DNA from: a virus | Lineage: Duplodnaviria; Caudoviricetes | Direction: 5' to 3' (one strand) | IMG/VR virus record: IMGVR_UViG_3300042860_004240 | Span: 17,066-81,065 of that record | Length of the DNA: 64,000 nucleotides | In this document: piece after piece, positions 19,779-28,552 of the stretch | Layout: every line of letters starts with the position of its first letter | Numbering within the stretch: the stretch's first letter is position 1 | Program-made: the position numbers and the translations under genes | Notes under the pieces: generated by a model | What the model saw: only the letters and a program-made list of their open reading frames with translations | Told to the model about the DNA's origin: nothing | Database searches by the model: none

Positions 19779-21005
19779 ATGAACAATAAGATTTATCCAA
19801 AAATTCCAGTTAACTTTTATCCTGAAAAAGAAACTAACGAAGAAAACCCTGCTTATGTGAATTCTACTTTGTTGATTAAAAACAAAGAAGTTCATTTACT
19901 AAAAGTTCTTAGCTTTTACAGTAAATCTTCTGACCAACCTCTTGAATTTGAATATGCTAAGTACGCGCTTGCTGATTTCTTTGAAACTGTTCAACAATCT
20001 GAATCTATACAAAAGTCATTAAATAACAATGACCGGTCAGTTCTAAAGAAAATATTTCCAACAGCTACCAGATTTATTACAGAAGATGGTTCTGTTCTTA
20101 TAGAGCGTCCTCCTTTTCGCCACACTATAGATTTTACACCTGTAAAAGCTTCTAAAGTTAACAGAAAATCATCTAAAAAGATTGAGCCTATTACTGTTTG
20201 GGTTCCTTGGACTGTTTATAAAATGAACATTAATAAACAAGGCCATTTTAATATAACAATTCATTTTAATGATTCTTCTATATCTTCATTAAATGATCAT
20301 ATCTTTCCTTCTCTTTTCCCAAATGTTTTTAGCGGTGGACTAATATGTTTTGGAAGTGAGTCTTCATACAATAGTGAGTTTGTTCAAAACGCTATTAAAG
20401 ACGACACTTATTCTTACAAAGAATTATTTAATTATTTAATTTCCAATTATTACAATGGTGGCTGGAATACTGACATATTGCCAAGTAGTTCTGACATTCC
20501 TATGTTTATGATGTTTCAATCTTATGACCGCATTAAAGCCTTGAATGATCCTAAAGCTTTAGAAATATATTCTAACGCTATGGCAAAGTGTACCCCAGTC
20601 AAGCACAAAGATAGCTATATTGCAATGTATCTTAACGCTTTAAATATATGGTCTGTTTACTCATTAGAAGATCTTCTTTATTTATACAAGCATTGTGTTG
20701 ATGCTCACTCTTTGCGACAAATGGTTTCTTTATCTTCTTTAGTCACTGTCGATATTAACCCACGTGCTTTCCGTTACAACTCAACCGACCTAGACGAGCA
20801 TTTGCGCAAAATGATGGTAAAGCCCAACTACCATGCTTACAAACAAGGCGTTACAATTTTGCGTTATGACAGAGACCCAATAACTGGTGAACAGTATCCT
20901 TCTTGTGGCAATATACTTCAAGAAAATATGTATAAAATGTTAGATAATATAATCACGCATGAAGATTCTAAAAAATCATCTGCTACTTTTGAGGAAAAAT
21001 TATGA
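19779..21005 (+). CDS. Prokaryotic E2 family D-like protein (paralog 2)
   Basis: 'IERPP...VWVPWTVY...FPNVFSGGLICFG...WNTD'. Confidence 0.6.
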   Translation: MNNKIYPKIPVNFYPEKETNEENPAYVNSTLLIKNKEVHLLKVLSFYSKSSDQPLEFEYAKYALADFFETVQQSESIQKSLNNNDRSVLKKIFPTATRFITEDGSVLIERPPFRHTIDFTPVKASKVNRKSSKKIEPITVWVPWTVYKMNINKQGHFNITIHFNDSSISSLNDHIFPSLFPNVFSGGLICFGSESSYNSEFVQNAIKDDTYSYKELFNYLISNYYNGGWNTDILPSSSDIPMFMMFQSYDRIKALNDPKALEIYSNAMAKCTPVKHKDSYIAMYLNALNIWSVYSLEDLLYLYKHCVDAHSLRQMVSLSSLVTVDINPRAFRYNSTDLDEHLRKMMVKPNYHAYKQGVTILRYDRDPITGEQYPSCGNILQENMYKMLDNIITHEDSKKSSATFEEKL

Positions 21006-22261
21006 CAAACAGTGCTTTTGAAATTATGGCAACTTGCTTTTCTGGTAATAGTTATTTTGAATATAATCAAGAACAACGAAACCAAATTTTTAATACTTTT
21101 GTAGGAAACATGGGTCGTTCTAATTCTTTGGATTGCATTAGCTTTGCTCAGAATTCTATTTACGGACACGCTCAAACTGAAACATTATATTTTGAATCTA
21201 GCGAAAACAAAAAGATAATAAATAGTATTATTGGAGTTGAATCATACAACTCTAGTGGCCTTATCCCTCCTGGTTTAGTTTCTTTGGGAAAAAATATTGT
21301 AATCTTTGAGAATCCTCCAACTAGTAAATTGATTAGCCACCATCCAACTGACCGTGATTCTATAAGCGATGATGATGAACCTGACAGCTACTATATCCCT
21401 GTGCCTTGGCAAGTATATGTTTGTGTATTTAATAACGAATATAATTTATTAGATACTTATATGTTTTATACCCGCGATGCCATTTCTAAAACAGGTTTTG
21501 ATCAACAAGTTTATGCTCCTGTTCTTCCTAACTTCTTTGGCAATGGTCAATTGTGTAGGCCTTTCTATCCTACCCTTGATGATGTCGATAGGTATTCAAA
21601 AGATATTTCTGGGGTAATAGCTTCGGCATATGACTCTATTTGGAATAGCGGTTGGAACTTAGATTTATACGAAACTTTAAACGAATACTTTATTCTATTT
21701 AAAGACACTCGTTTAATAAATACTGATACTGGAATTACAGATTCTTTTAAAAGAAATTTAAATCCTATTCTTAAAAATTCTTTAGAACTTTTTGAATCTG
21801 AACAACAGCAATCTGTTTATGTAGATATCCATCAACAAACAAAAACTTTATTTGCAACTCGAGCTAGAAATAACCTTTTGGATACTTATTGCTCTGTAGT
21901 TAAAGACCTTACGCTTAATCAAATTTGTTTAGCTCCTTTTCCATCTCCTTCTTTTGAAAGATATGCAGACAGTGATTCTTTAGACCGTGATGAGTTGCAC
22001 GAAGAATACATGAATTCTTGCGATGAAGACGAGTATTCAGACCAAGGTTGGGAAGAGTATTATTACGAACACAGAAATGCTATGCGTTTTTCTAATAAGC
22101 CTTTTGAAGCAGTGCTCAATAAACTTTTGAGTAATCTTGATGGGATACTAGGTAGGCAACGAATAGACAATATGCAGACTATGGTTAAAGAAATTAACAA
22201 TCAAGATATGCATCGTGTAGAAAATGTTCCTGTATCTCAAGTTTCTCAAGATCCTTTTTAA
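21002..22261 (+). CDS. Prokaryotic E2 family D-like protein (paralog 3)
   Basis: 'FENPP...IPVPWQVY...LPNFFGNGQLC...WNLD'; ATGA overlap with paralog 2. Confidence 0.6.
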   Translation: MTNSAFEIMATCFSGNSYFEYNQEQRNQIFNTFVGNMGRSNSLDCISFAQNSIYGHAQTETLYFESSENKKIINSIIGVESYNSSGLIPPGLVSLGKNIVIFENPPTSKLISHHPTDRDSISDDDEPDSYYIPVPWQVYVCVFNNEYNLLDTYMFYTRDAISKTGFDQQVYAPVLPNFFGNGQLCRPFYPTLDDVDRYSKDISGVIASAYDSIWNSGWNLDLYETLNEYFILFKDTRLINTDTGITDSFKRNLNPILKNSLELFESEQQQSVYVDIHQQTKTLFATRARNNLLDTYCSVVKDLTLNQICLAPFPSPSFERYADSDSLDRDELHEEYMNSCDEDEYSDQGWEEYYYEHRNAMRFSNKPFEAVLNKLLSNLDGILGRQRIDNMQTMVKEINNQDMHRVENVPVSQVSQDPF

Positions 22262-22327
22262 ACTTGATTTTACTATCTTTTTATGATACTATATATACTT
22301 AGATAAAGTTATCAAAAGGTACTTAAA

Positions 22328-22636
22328 ATGGCAAAGTTTAATAAAATTAATAAACACCCTTCTTTTTCAAGGTTAGACGTATCTAATATTTTAAATGTTT
22401 CTACTTTAACAATTGCTAACAGGGAAAAAAATAAAAAATACCCTCCATCTAAAAGAGATTTAAATAATTATAGAATTTACTCTTTGAATGATGTTTTCAA
22501 TTTACAGCTGATAACATATAATCACATAGATCCAAAACCAATAATATCAATTCTTTACGATAAAGGATATAAAGATCCTAAGATTGTATCTGAAATGATA
22601 GACCAAGTCTTATCGAGAAGGAATTCTAATGCCTGA
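22328..22636 (+). CDS. MerR-like helix-turn-helix DNA-binding protein
   Basis: 'DVSNILNVSTLTIANREK...P.KRD.NNYRIYS'; TTGATT...TGATACTAT promoter-like sequence upstream. Confidence 0.7.
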   Translation: MAKFNKINKHPSFSRLDVSNILNVSTLTIANREKNKKYPPSKRDLNNYRIYSLNDVFNLQLITYNHIDPKPIISILYDKGYKDPKIVSEMIDQVLSRRNSNA

Positions 22637-22877
22637 CCAAAACAATCAATATGATGACAGCAACTATGCTGATCTAGTAGACCCAATAAATGAATACGTT
22701 CATACGGATTCAGTTACTGATTTAAAGTCAGGTATCTTTAATTTGTTTAATAATTTATTTCAAACCTTATCTGTTACTAACGGTCCAGTAAAAGCTTTAG
22801 AAATATCTTTGCGATACCTTCAAGATATAATAGATCATTTTCAAACCGTTTTAACGGAAAATGATAATAATAAATAA
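22629..22877 (+). CDS. Hypothetical protein
   Basis: 82-aa ORF overlapping the previous stop. Confidence 0.55.
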   Translation: MPDQNNQYDDSNYADLVDPINEYVHTDSVTDLKSGIFNLFNNLFQTLSVTNGPVKALEISLRYLQDIIDHFQTVLTENDNNK

Positions 22878-22908
22878 TAACATACCAAACTAACAGGAGA
22901 CAAATAAA

Positions 22909-23325
22909 ATGATAGATCCAAGAAACGTAGTTTCAATCACAGCTGGTGTCGTAGCTGACCCAGAACTAATCAACGATAAAATAGCAAAGCTTCGCGTAGC
23001 AATAGATTATGCTGGCTCAGAAAAAGGTGCTAGCGCTAGCTCTGGCTATTTTGACATAGTTTACTACCTCAAAGATGGAGACAACTTTAGTTCAAAGAAT
23101 GCTAAGTTTGTTCACACTCAAATAGTAGACAAGAAGATGAAGAAAGGTTCGCAGATCCAGCTTATTGGCCGTTTGGTCCAAGAACGTTGGCAGCAAGAAG
23201 ATGTCAATCGTTCACGCGTTGTCATCGTTGCAGAATCAGTATCTTATGTAGGTTCAGCTGCCCCTAAAACAGCAGAAAAATCAGATTCTTCTGCAGAATC
23301 AAAGTTCATCCCTGATTCGTTTTAA
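22909..23325 (+). CDS. ssb: Single-stranded DNA-binding protein
   Basis: OB-fold pattern 'N.V.ITAGVVADPEL...KKGSQIQLIGRLVQERW...RSRVVIVAE' and acidic/Phe tail. Confidence 0.8.
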   Translation: MIDPRNVVSITAGVVADPELINDKIAKLRVAIDYAGSEKGASASSGYFDIVYYLKDGDNFSSKNAKFVHTQIVDKKMKKGSQIQLIGRLVQERWQQEDVNRSRVVIVAESVSYVGSAAPKTAEKSDSSAESKFIPDSF

Positions 23326-23355
23326 CGAACTCTATAGTGTAAACTAAGCACTATT

Positions 23356-24099
23356 ATGAACGTTGAAGATTATTCCGAACAAGAAATAACGGATTTAATC
23401 GCATCTGCTTTATCACTTGACGGGAGTAATAAACTATTCCCGTCAAGTGGAATGCATTTGGGGTTTGCTGAAAGTTCTTTGTTTGAACTTTTGGCTAACA
23501 AGCTAGAGAACAAGTTTGCTCACTCTGAGTTAAATTCTTTTTTGCAAGAGCTACGAGATGATTTGCTTTCTAACAAAGTTCCTTATGATATTAAGAATTT
23601 ACATACTCAAGTAATTAATTGCAGAAAATGTAAAAACTTTACCCCTAATCCAGTTCTTCCTATGTGGAACAATCAAAATCCAGATATAGTATTTGTATTA
23701 GATTACCCTATCTACAACAAAGAAGTTGCCGAGTTCTTTTTAGATACTTTAAAGTCTTCTAATTTTTCTTCGGAAAAGATTTGCTTAACCTATGTTAATA
23801 GGTGTTCTTATCCTAAAAGAAAATTTGAGAGTCAAGAAATATTTAATTGCTCACCGTATTTACATACTGAAATTCAATTGCTAAATCCAAAAGCTATAGT
23901 TTGCCTTGGGTCAGTTGCTGCTTCAGCTGTATTTGGTTTAGAAGTTACAATTAAAGATTATAGATCAAAACCTAATTGGCTTGGTTCTTGGCCAATTTTT
24001 GTTACCTATTCACCACTGCATATATCAAAATCAAGCTCTCATTTAGAAGACAGCTTTGCATCTGATATGATGTATGTTCATGATTATATTTATAAATAG
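23356..24099 (+). CDS. Uracil-DNA glycosylase family 4-like protein with degenerate catalytic motifs
   Basis: CRKC...RC...EIFNCSPYL..EI.LLNPK.IV.LG..A; GEAPG position reads LDYPI and HPS position reads SPL. Confidence 0.75.
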   Translation: MNVEDYSEQEITDLIASALSLDGSNKLFPSSGMHLGFAESSLFELLANKLENKFAHSELNSFLQELRDDLLSNKVPYDIKNLHTQVINCRKCKNFTPNPVLPMWNNQNPDIVFVLDYPIYNKEVAEFFLDTLKSSNFSSEKICLTYVNRCSYPKRKFESQEIFNCSPYLHTEIQLLNPKAIVCLGSVAASAVFGLEVTIKDYRSKPNWLGSWPIFVTYSPLHISKSSSHLEDSFASDMMYVHDYIYK

Positions 24100-24110
24100 A
24101 AAAGGACATT

Positions 24111-24500
24111 ATGTCTAACGAAAACTACATTCAACAAATTAATGAAAATGATCCTAACTTTGAAGCTTTTAAGCAGATTGTTTTAAAAGACGTTAGAAAT
24201 GAATCTTCCGAAGAGGAAAAACAGTATCTATCAGAAAACTTAGACATTTGGTTATACTTTTTGCAAATCACAAAAAAAGATGTTGAATTTCAACTTGCTT
24301 CTCAAAAAGCAAAAGATAAGATTTCTTTTAAAGAAATTAAATTACACAATCCTGAAGAGTCTGTTATAATAGGACTCATGCAAAAACAAGATAAGTGGAG
24401 AATGGGTGCTTTAAGATTCCTCACTGCTATAGAAAAAAAGATGCTGTTTGTAAAAATGCAGCTCAAGAATATACAACTTTTTGAAAGTGGAGCTGAATAA
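24111..24500 (+). CDS. Hypothetical protein
   Basis: 129-aa ORF with AAGGA RBS. Confidence 0.65.
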   Translation: MSNENYIQQINENDPNFEAFKQIVLKDVRNESSEEEKQYLSENLDIWLYFLQITKKDVEFQLASQKAKDKISFKEIKLHNPEESVIIGLMQKQDKWRMGALRFLTAIEKKMLFVKMQLKNIQLFESGAE

Positions 24501-24505
24501 AGCAA

Positions 24506-25000
24506 ATGTTTGGGTGTACTTCTAAATCAATAACTGCTTTAAAAACTGAATGGAACGAAGAAAAATCTTATTCTTTTTTAAACTTTTTTATCACTTATCA
24601 AAACTGGTGCACTTACTCTACTAAAAAACTTTCTCATTCTGAAGTTCTTGTTCTATCTGACTTGTTTTGTTTGTCTCATGGTAAGGTAGCCCCAAAACAA
24701 GATTCTGAACTTTCTTTTTGGTCAGTTCATCCTATGAATATATTTAGATTTAAACTGTTAGATAACTTAGATTTTTCTGTTCTAAATTATCCAGACCCAG
24801 CTTATGACAAGCCCGGCTATATTGTAGAAGGCTGTTATTGGGTTAATGGTTTTATGTATCAAGTTTTAGAAGAAGACTCTAAAAACATCCTAGAATTAAA
24901 TTTACTAATTGACAAACCGACTCAACAGATATATGATTACCCTAATACCTTTATTTTAATCAACGATTTAATCAACGAATATATTACACTGCCTTCGTAG
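24506..25000 (+). CDS. Hypothetical protein
   Basis: 164-aa ORF; stop codon lies inside the downstream tRNA. Confidence 0.6.
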   Translation: MFGCTSKSITALKTEWNEEKSYSFLNFFITYQNWCTYSTKKLSHSEVLVLSDLFCLSHGKVAPKQDSELSFWSVHPMNIFRFKLLDNLDFSVLNYPDPAYDKPGYIVEGCYWVNGFMYQVLEEDSKNILELNLLIDKPTQQIYDYPNTFILINDLINEYITLPS

Positions 25001-25064
25001 CTCAGTTGGATAGAGCAACGGACTTCTAATCCGCAGGTCGTATGTTCGAATCATACCGAAGGCG
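24991..25064 (+). tRNA. tRNA-Arg(TCT)
   Basis: Acceptor GCCTTCG/CGAAGGC, AGCTCAGTTGGATAGAGC, CGGA-CTTCTAA-TCCG, GTTCGAAT. Confidence 0.95.
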
Positions 25065-25256
25065 CTATGAACATAGAAAACATAGAAAATCCAGAAGAAA
25101 TTCCAGAAACACCAGAACAAACATTTACAGAACGCCTAGAAGAATCTCTAGACTTTGTAGTAAATATGATGAATTCTGGGCAGCTAAATCCCGAAGATGT
25201 TTACCCTCCCGGTAGATACTCTGGGGATTAATTGCTAGATTTTATTTTAACAAGTT

Positions 25257-25318
25257 TGTCACAAGGGACCAGGTCTTTTTCGGGACTCCTTTCAACTGGT
25301 CTCTTGTGACATTTTTTT
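25257..25318 (+). terminator. Long hairpin followed by T-tract (terminator or small RNA)
   Basis: TGTCACAAGGGACCAG pairs with CTGGTCTCTTGTGACA, followed by T7. Confidence 0.65.
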
Positions 25319-25474
25319 ATAGAAAGATATTATGGAAAACTCAATAGATCATTTTATATTAATCTTTCTATCGTGCTATATTTTGCTGATAGACAAAACG
25401 CCAGTTGCTTACGCAATTGGTTTGCTCGCATTACGTAGCACTTACATATTGTATCAAGACAGAAAGAAGCAGAA

Positions 25475-25798
25475 GTGAAAGATAAAATTACAAAAGACAA
25501 TACAATTACTTATACCTCAGTTGACGCTAGTTCTTTTATCACGCATGCTACCTATAGCGTCAAAGATTCCATTTTAATAGTTAACTTTAAATCTAATTCT
25601 GCTTGGGCTTATGACAAAGTCCCACAATTAGAGTTTGTAAAAATGGTTGCTGCTAAGTCTGTTGGTTCTTATTTTAATAAGAATATAAGAAACAAATACC
25701 ATGGTGTCCAATTACTTGCTTCTACAGATGATGGTTTGGTTGTTAAGTCCGACGCGCACTCTGACTTATTGAAACTTAAAGAAATTAAAGCAACATGA
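25475..25798 (+). CDS. KTSC domain protein
   Basis: 'SSFI....Y...L.VNFKS...AY..VP......A.SVGSYFNKNIR'. Confidence 0.85.
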   Translation: MKDKITKDNTITYTSVDASSFITHATYSVKDSILIVNFKSNSAWAYDKVPQLEFVKMVAAKSVGSYFNKNIRNKYHGVQLLASTDDGLVVKSDAHSDLLKLKEIKAT

Positions 25799-25955
25799 GT
25801 AAAAAGAAAAATAAAAAGAATCGATATAACAACAATTACAACTACTACAGTGCCCCTAAAAAAAACACTAGCTTTTCTACTTCTACAGCTAAAGAAGTTA
25901 ACGATCTTGCTTTAAATGTTTTTGGCTCATTACAAATTTCAGCTAAGGAGATATC

Positions 25956-26486
25956 ATGAACGATGATGTTGATATTGACATTATAAAATTAATTGACAAA
26001 GAAATAGCAAAACTATCTTTAACAGATAAGTACTGTTACGCACTCGGCGCTGATTTGAACAAGCTAGAAGGTGAAATTCAATCTATCGAATTATATGAGA
26101 TAGAAAAAAGTGAAGATGTTTATGGTCTTCTAGAAGGTGCTAAGCTAAGAACTTCTACTGAATTTTACGATGTTATTATTGTCATCACTTCTGGTTGGGC
26201 TGCTCCAATAGAAGACGATTCTCTTAGCGAAGACAATGTGCCTCCAAGCAAGCATCCTGGTAGAAGACGAGTTGAGCTTCATATAGCTTTAGACAAAAAT
26301 TCTTCTATGGCTTGTTCTATCCTTTTTATGGAAGAAGGCAAAGTGGTTAACACTGAGTACGATACTACCGGCACCGGACCTTTAGCCGATGCGGTTAGAA
26401 GTATTCACCCCAATAATTTAAAATCTGATAAAACTTTACTTACCAAAGGGACTGATAAAATTGTTGACTTTAAAGACCCTTTTTAA
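25956..26486 (+). CDS. Hypothetical protein
   Basis: 176-aa ORF with AAGGAG RBS; 'GWAAP...PSKHPGRRRV'. Confidence 0.65.
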   Translation: MNDDVDIDIIKLIDKEIAKLSLTDKYCYALGADLNKLEGEIQSIELYEIEKSEDVYGLLEGAKLRTSTEFYDVIIVITSGWAAPIEDDSLSEDNVPPSKHPGRRRVELHIALDKNSSMACSILFMEEGKVVNTEYDTTGTGPLADAVRSIHPNNLKSDKTLLTKGTDKIVDFKDPF

Positions 26487-26767
26487 AAAAAAGAATAAAG
26501 TTATAAAAGATGAAAAAAAGCCTGACGTATACTTTGTTCAATACGCTAGATATGGAGCTCCTAACGTCCAGTGGGGACCCTTTTACGACCTTCAGGACGC
26601 TATAGCATGGTGCTCGTATAACCTAGTAGTTCACGGTATTAACGCAGATATTCTTTTTGCTAAACATCCTGAATCCGACCCAAAGTATTGGTTTATTTAA
26701 TATTCTAAAACTTACCTTTTCTAGCTCTAATCTGTTATAATATTTCTTGGTTCTAAGGAGAAATGTT

Positions 26768-27382
26768 ATGACAACCATAGTTGCAATACAAGGTGACAGT
26801 TTTGCTGTAGTAGCAGTTGATTCTAGAATTTCAGCCATGGAATCAGACGGCTTTGCTACGATATCTACTTTAGGGGAAAACAGCGGTAAAGTAGCTGTAA
26901 ATGGTAAATACCTTTTAGGTGCAGCTGGGGATGTAAGAGCTATAAATATTTTACATCATGCTTTTATTCCTCCTACTCCTCCTTCTGGATTAAAGGGTAA
27001 AAAGTTAGACCAATTTTTTACTGTTAAATTTATTCCTGCTTTGCGCGATTGCTTTGAAAAGCAAGGATATGCTTCTCCTGACAATAATGAAGACAAGCAG
27101 CACATTGCAGAACAGGCTTCTACTATTTTAGCTGTTGTATCTGGCACTGTTTACGTAGTCGATTCAGACTATGCTTGGTCTTCTGATAGCAACGGAATAT
27201 ATGCTTTGGGTTCCGGCAGTGCTTATGCCCTTGGTGCACTTACTGCCTTAACTGCAGGGAAGAAAATACAAACAGTTTCACAAGCTAAGTCTTTGGCTTT
27301 GAAAGCTTTGGCTGTGTCTGCTAAATTTGATCCTTACACTGGCCCTCCATTTAGGACTCATGTTCAAGATTTTTCTAAGTAA
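26768..27382 (+). CDS. Proteasome beta-subunit / HslV-like Ntn threonine protease
   Basis: With ATG at 26768 (AAGGAG RBS) the protein starts M-TTIVAI...VAVDSRIS...K...GAAG...ALGSGSAYALGAL. Confidence 0.88.
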   Translation: MTTIVAIQGDSFAVVAVDSRISAMESDGFATISTLGENSGKVAVNGKYLLGAAGDVRAINILHHAFIPPTPPSGLKGKKLDQFFTVKFIPALRDCFEKQGYASPDNNEDKQHIAEQASTILAVVSGTVYVVDSDYAWSSDSNGIYALGSGSAYALGALTALTAGKKIQTVSQAKSLALKALAVSAKFDPYTGPPFRTHVQDFSK

Positions 27383-27452
27383 TCTTTATTTAGACTAAAA
27401 AAAATTTTAAAGCTATCAGATAATTTTTATTAACCACAAAATTTGGAGAACA

Positions 27453-28022
27453 ATGCGCGCTAAACAAAAGACTACTTATTCTATGAAAAATCCTACGCCT
27501 CAATTGTCTGGAGACGTAAACAAATGGTTTAAAGAAGAATATCAACACCTTGCAGACACTCTTTGTGGTGGAGACAAGTTTGCTGTTACCAAAATAGCTA
27601 AAGAAGAACAGCTTTATTTATCAGAATACTTAAGAGCTATCTATGTTTTACAGACAACTAATAGCTTTGCTGAGTTGTCTAAGTACTCTATAAGTTACAA
27701 TGTATATAAAGATATTTTGGTAAATTATAAACAAGTTGATTTATCTTCTTCTACAGAAGAAGATATTGTTTTAAATTTAAAGCCAAAGTTTAAATCTAAG
27801 CGCCAAGATAAATACGAAGAAGTTATCCAATGGTGCAAAGACAACGCAGGTAAGAAAGTTAAAGTAAAAGATGTATCCGATTTAGTAGAATGGTCTTATC
27901 CTACTGCTAACACTTTTGTCCAATCACGCCCAGATCTTTTCTCAAAGTTTTCTCATGGGGTTTATTTGTTAAAGAACCCAGATGAAGAAAGAATGAAAGA
28001 AAAAAAAAGCTTAAAGAATTAG
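27453..28022 (+). CDS. Hypothetical protein, possible C-terminal winged HTH
   Basis: 189-aa ORF with GGAG RBS. Confidence 0.6.
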   Translation: MRAKQKTTYSMKNPTPQLSGDVNKWFKEEYQHLADTLCGGDKFAVTKIAKEEQLYLSEYLRAIYVLQTTNSFAELSKYSISYNVYKDILVNYKQVDLSSSTEEDIVLNLKPKFKSKRQDKYEEVIQWCKDNAGKKVKVKDVSDLVEWSYPTANTFVQSRPDLFSKFSHGVYLLKNPDEERMKEKKSLKN

Positions 28023-28032
28023 GAGATTAAAA

Positions 28033-28476
28033 ATGATTTTTGAAAACGAACAAACAACAATTTTTTCTGTTTTGATAGAAAACAATGACCAATATTACGA
28101 TGTAGCAGACTTAGAAGAAAATCCATATATTTATAAGATTTTAAGATCTTACGACAATGGATTAACTTGGAGCCATTTAGCTACAATGAAAGCTTCTGAT
28201 TTAGAAGAAGCTCATGATACTGTCGATTTGCTCAACGCTGGAGCACGAAAAAATAATTCTTTTAAAGATAACACTCCAACAAACATTTTTGGCAATGAGG
28301 TTAAACAATCAGACAAAAAATATCCCCATAACCATAGAACAAGTAATGGTTATGATGTTTTTATAGAAGCAGCACAGAAGTTTAAGAACGATTCTAATTA
28401 TTATATTAAATATAAGAATGAAATAGATTCTGTTATAAACCAATCTATAGACCCTGAAGACGACGACATAAGATGA
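28033..28476 (+). CDS. Hypothetical protein
   Basis: 147-aa ORF with AGGAG RBS. Confidence 0.6.
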   Translation: MIFENEQTTIFSVLIENNDQYYDVADLEENPYIYKILRSYDNGLTWSHLATMKASDLEEAHDTVDLLNAGARKNNSFKDNTPTNIFGNEVKQSDKKYPHNHRTSNGYDVFIEAAQKFKNDSNYYIKYKNEIDSVINQSIDPEDDDIR

Positions 28477-28552
28477 ACCCAGATAAGTTTTTTTTATATA
28501 GTATTTTTGGTTTAATATCTGTTTCTTTTATTTTAGGAGTTTTGAGTTTATT

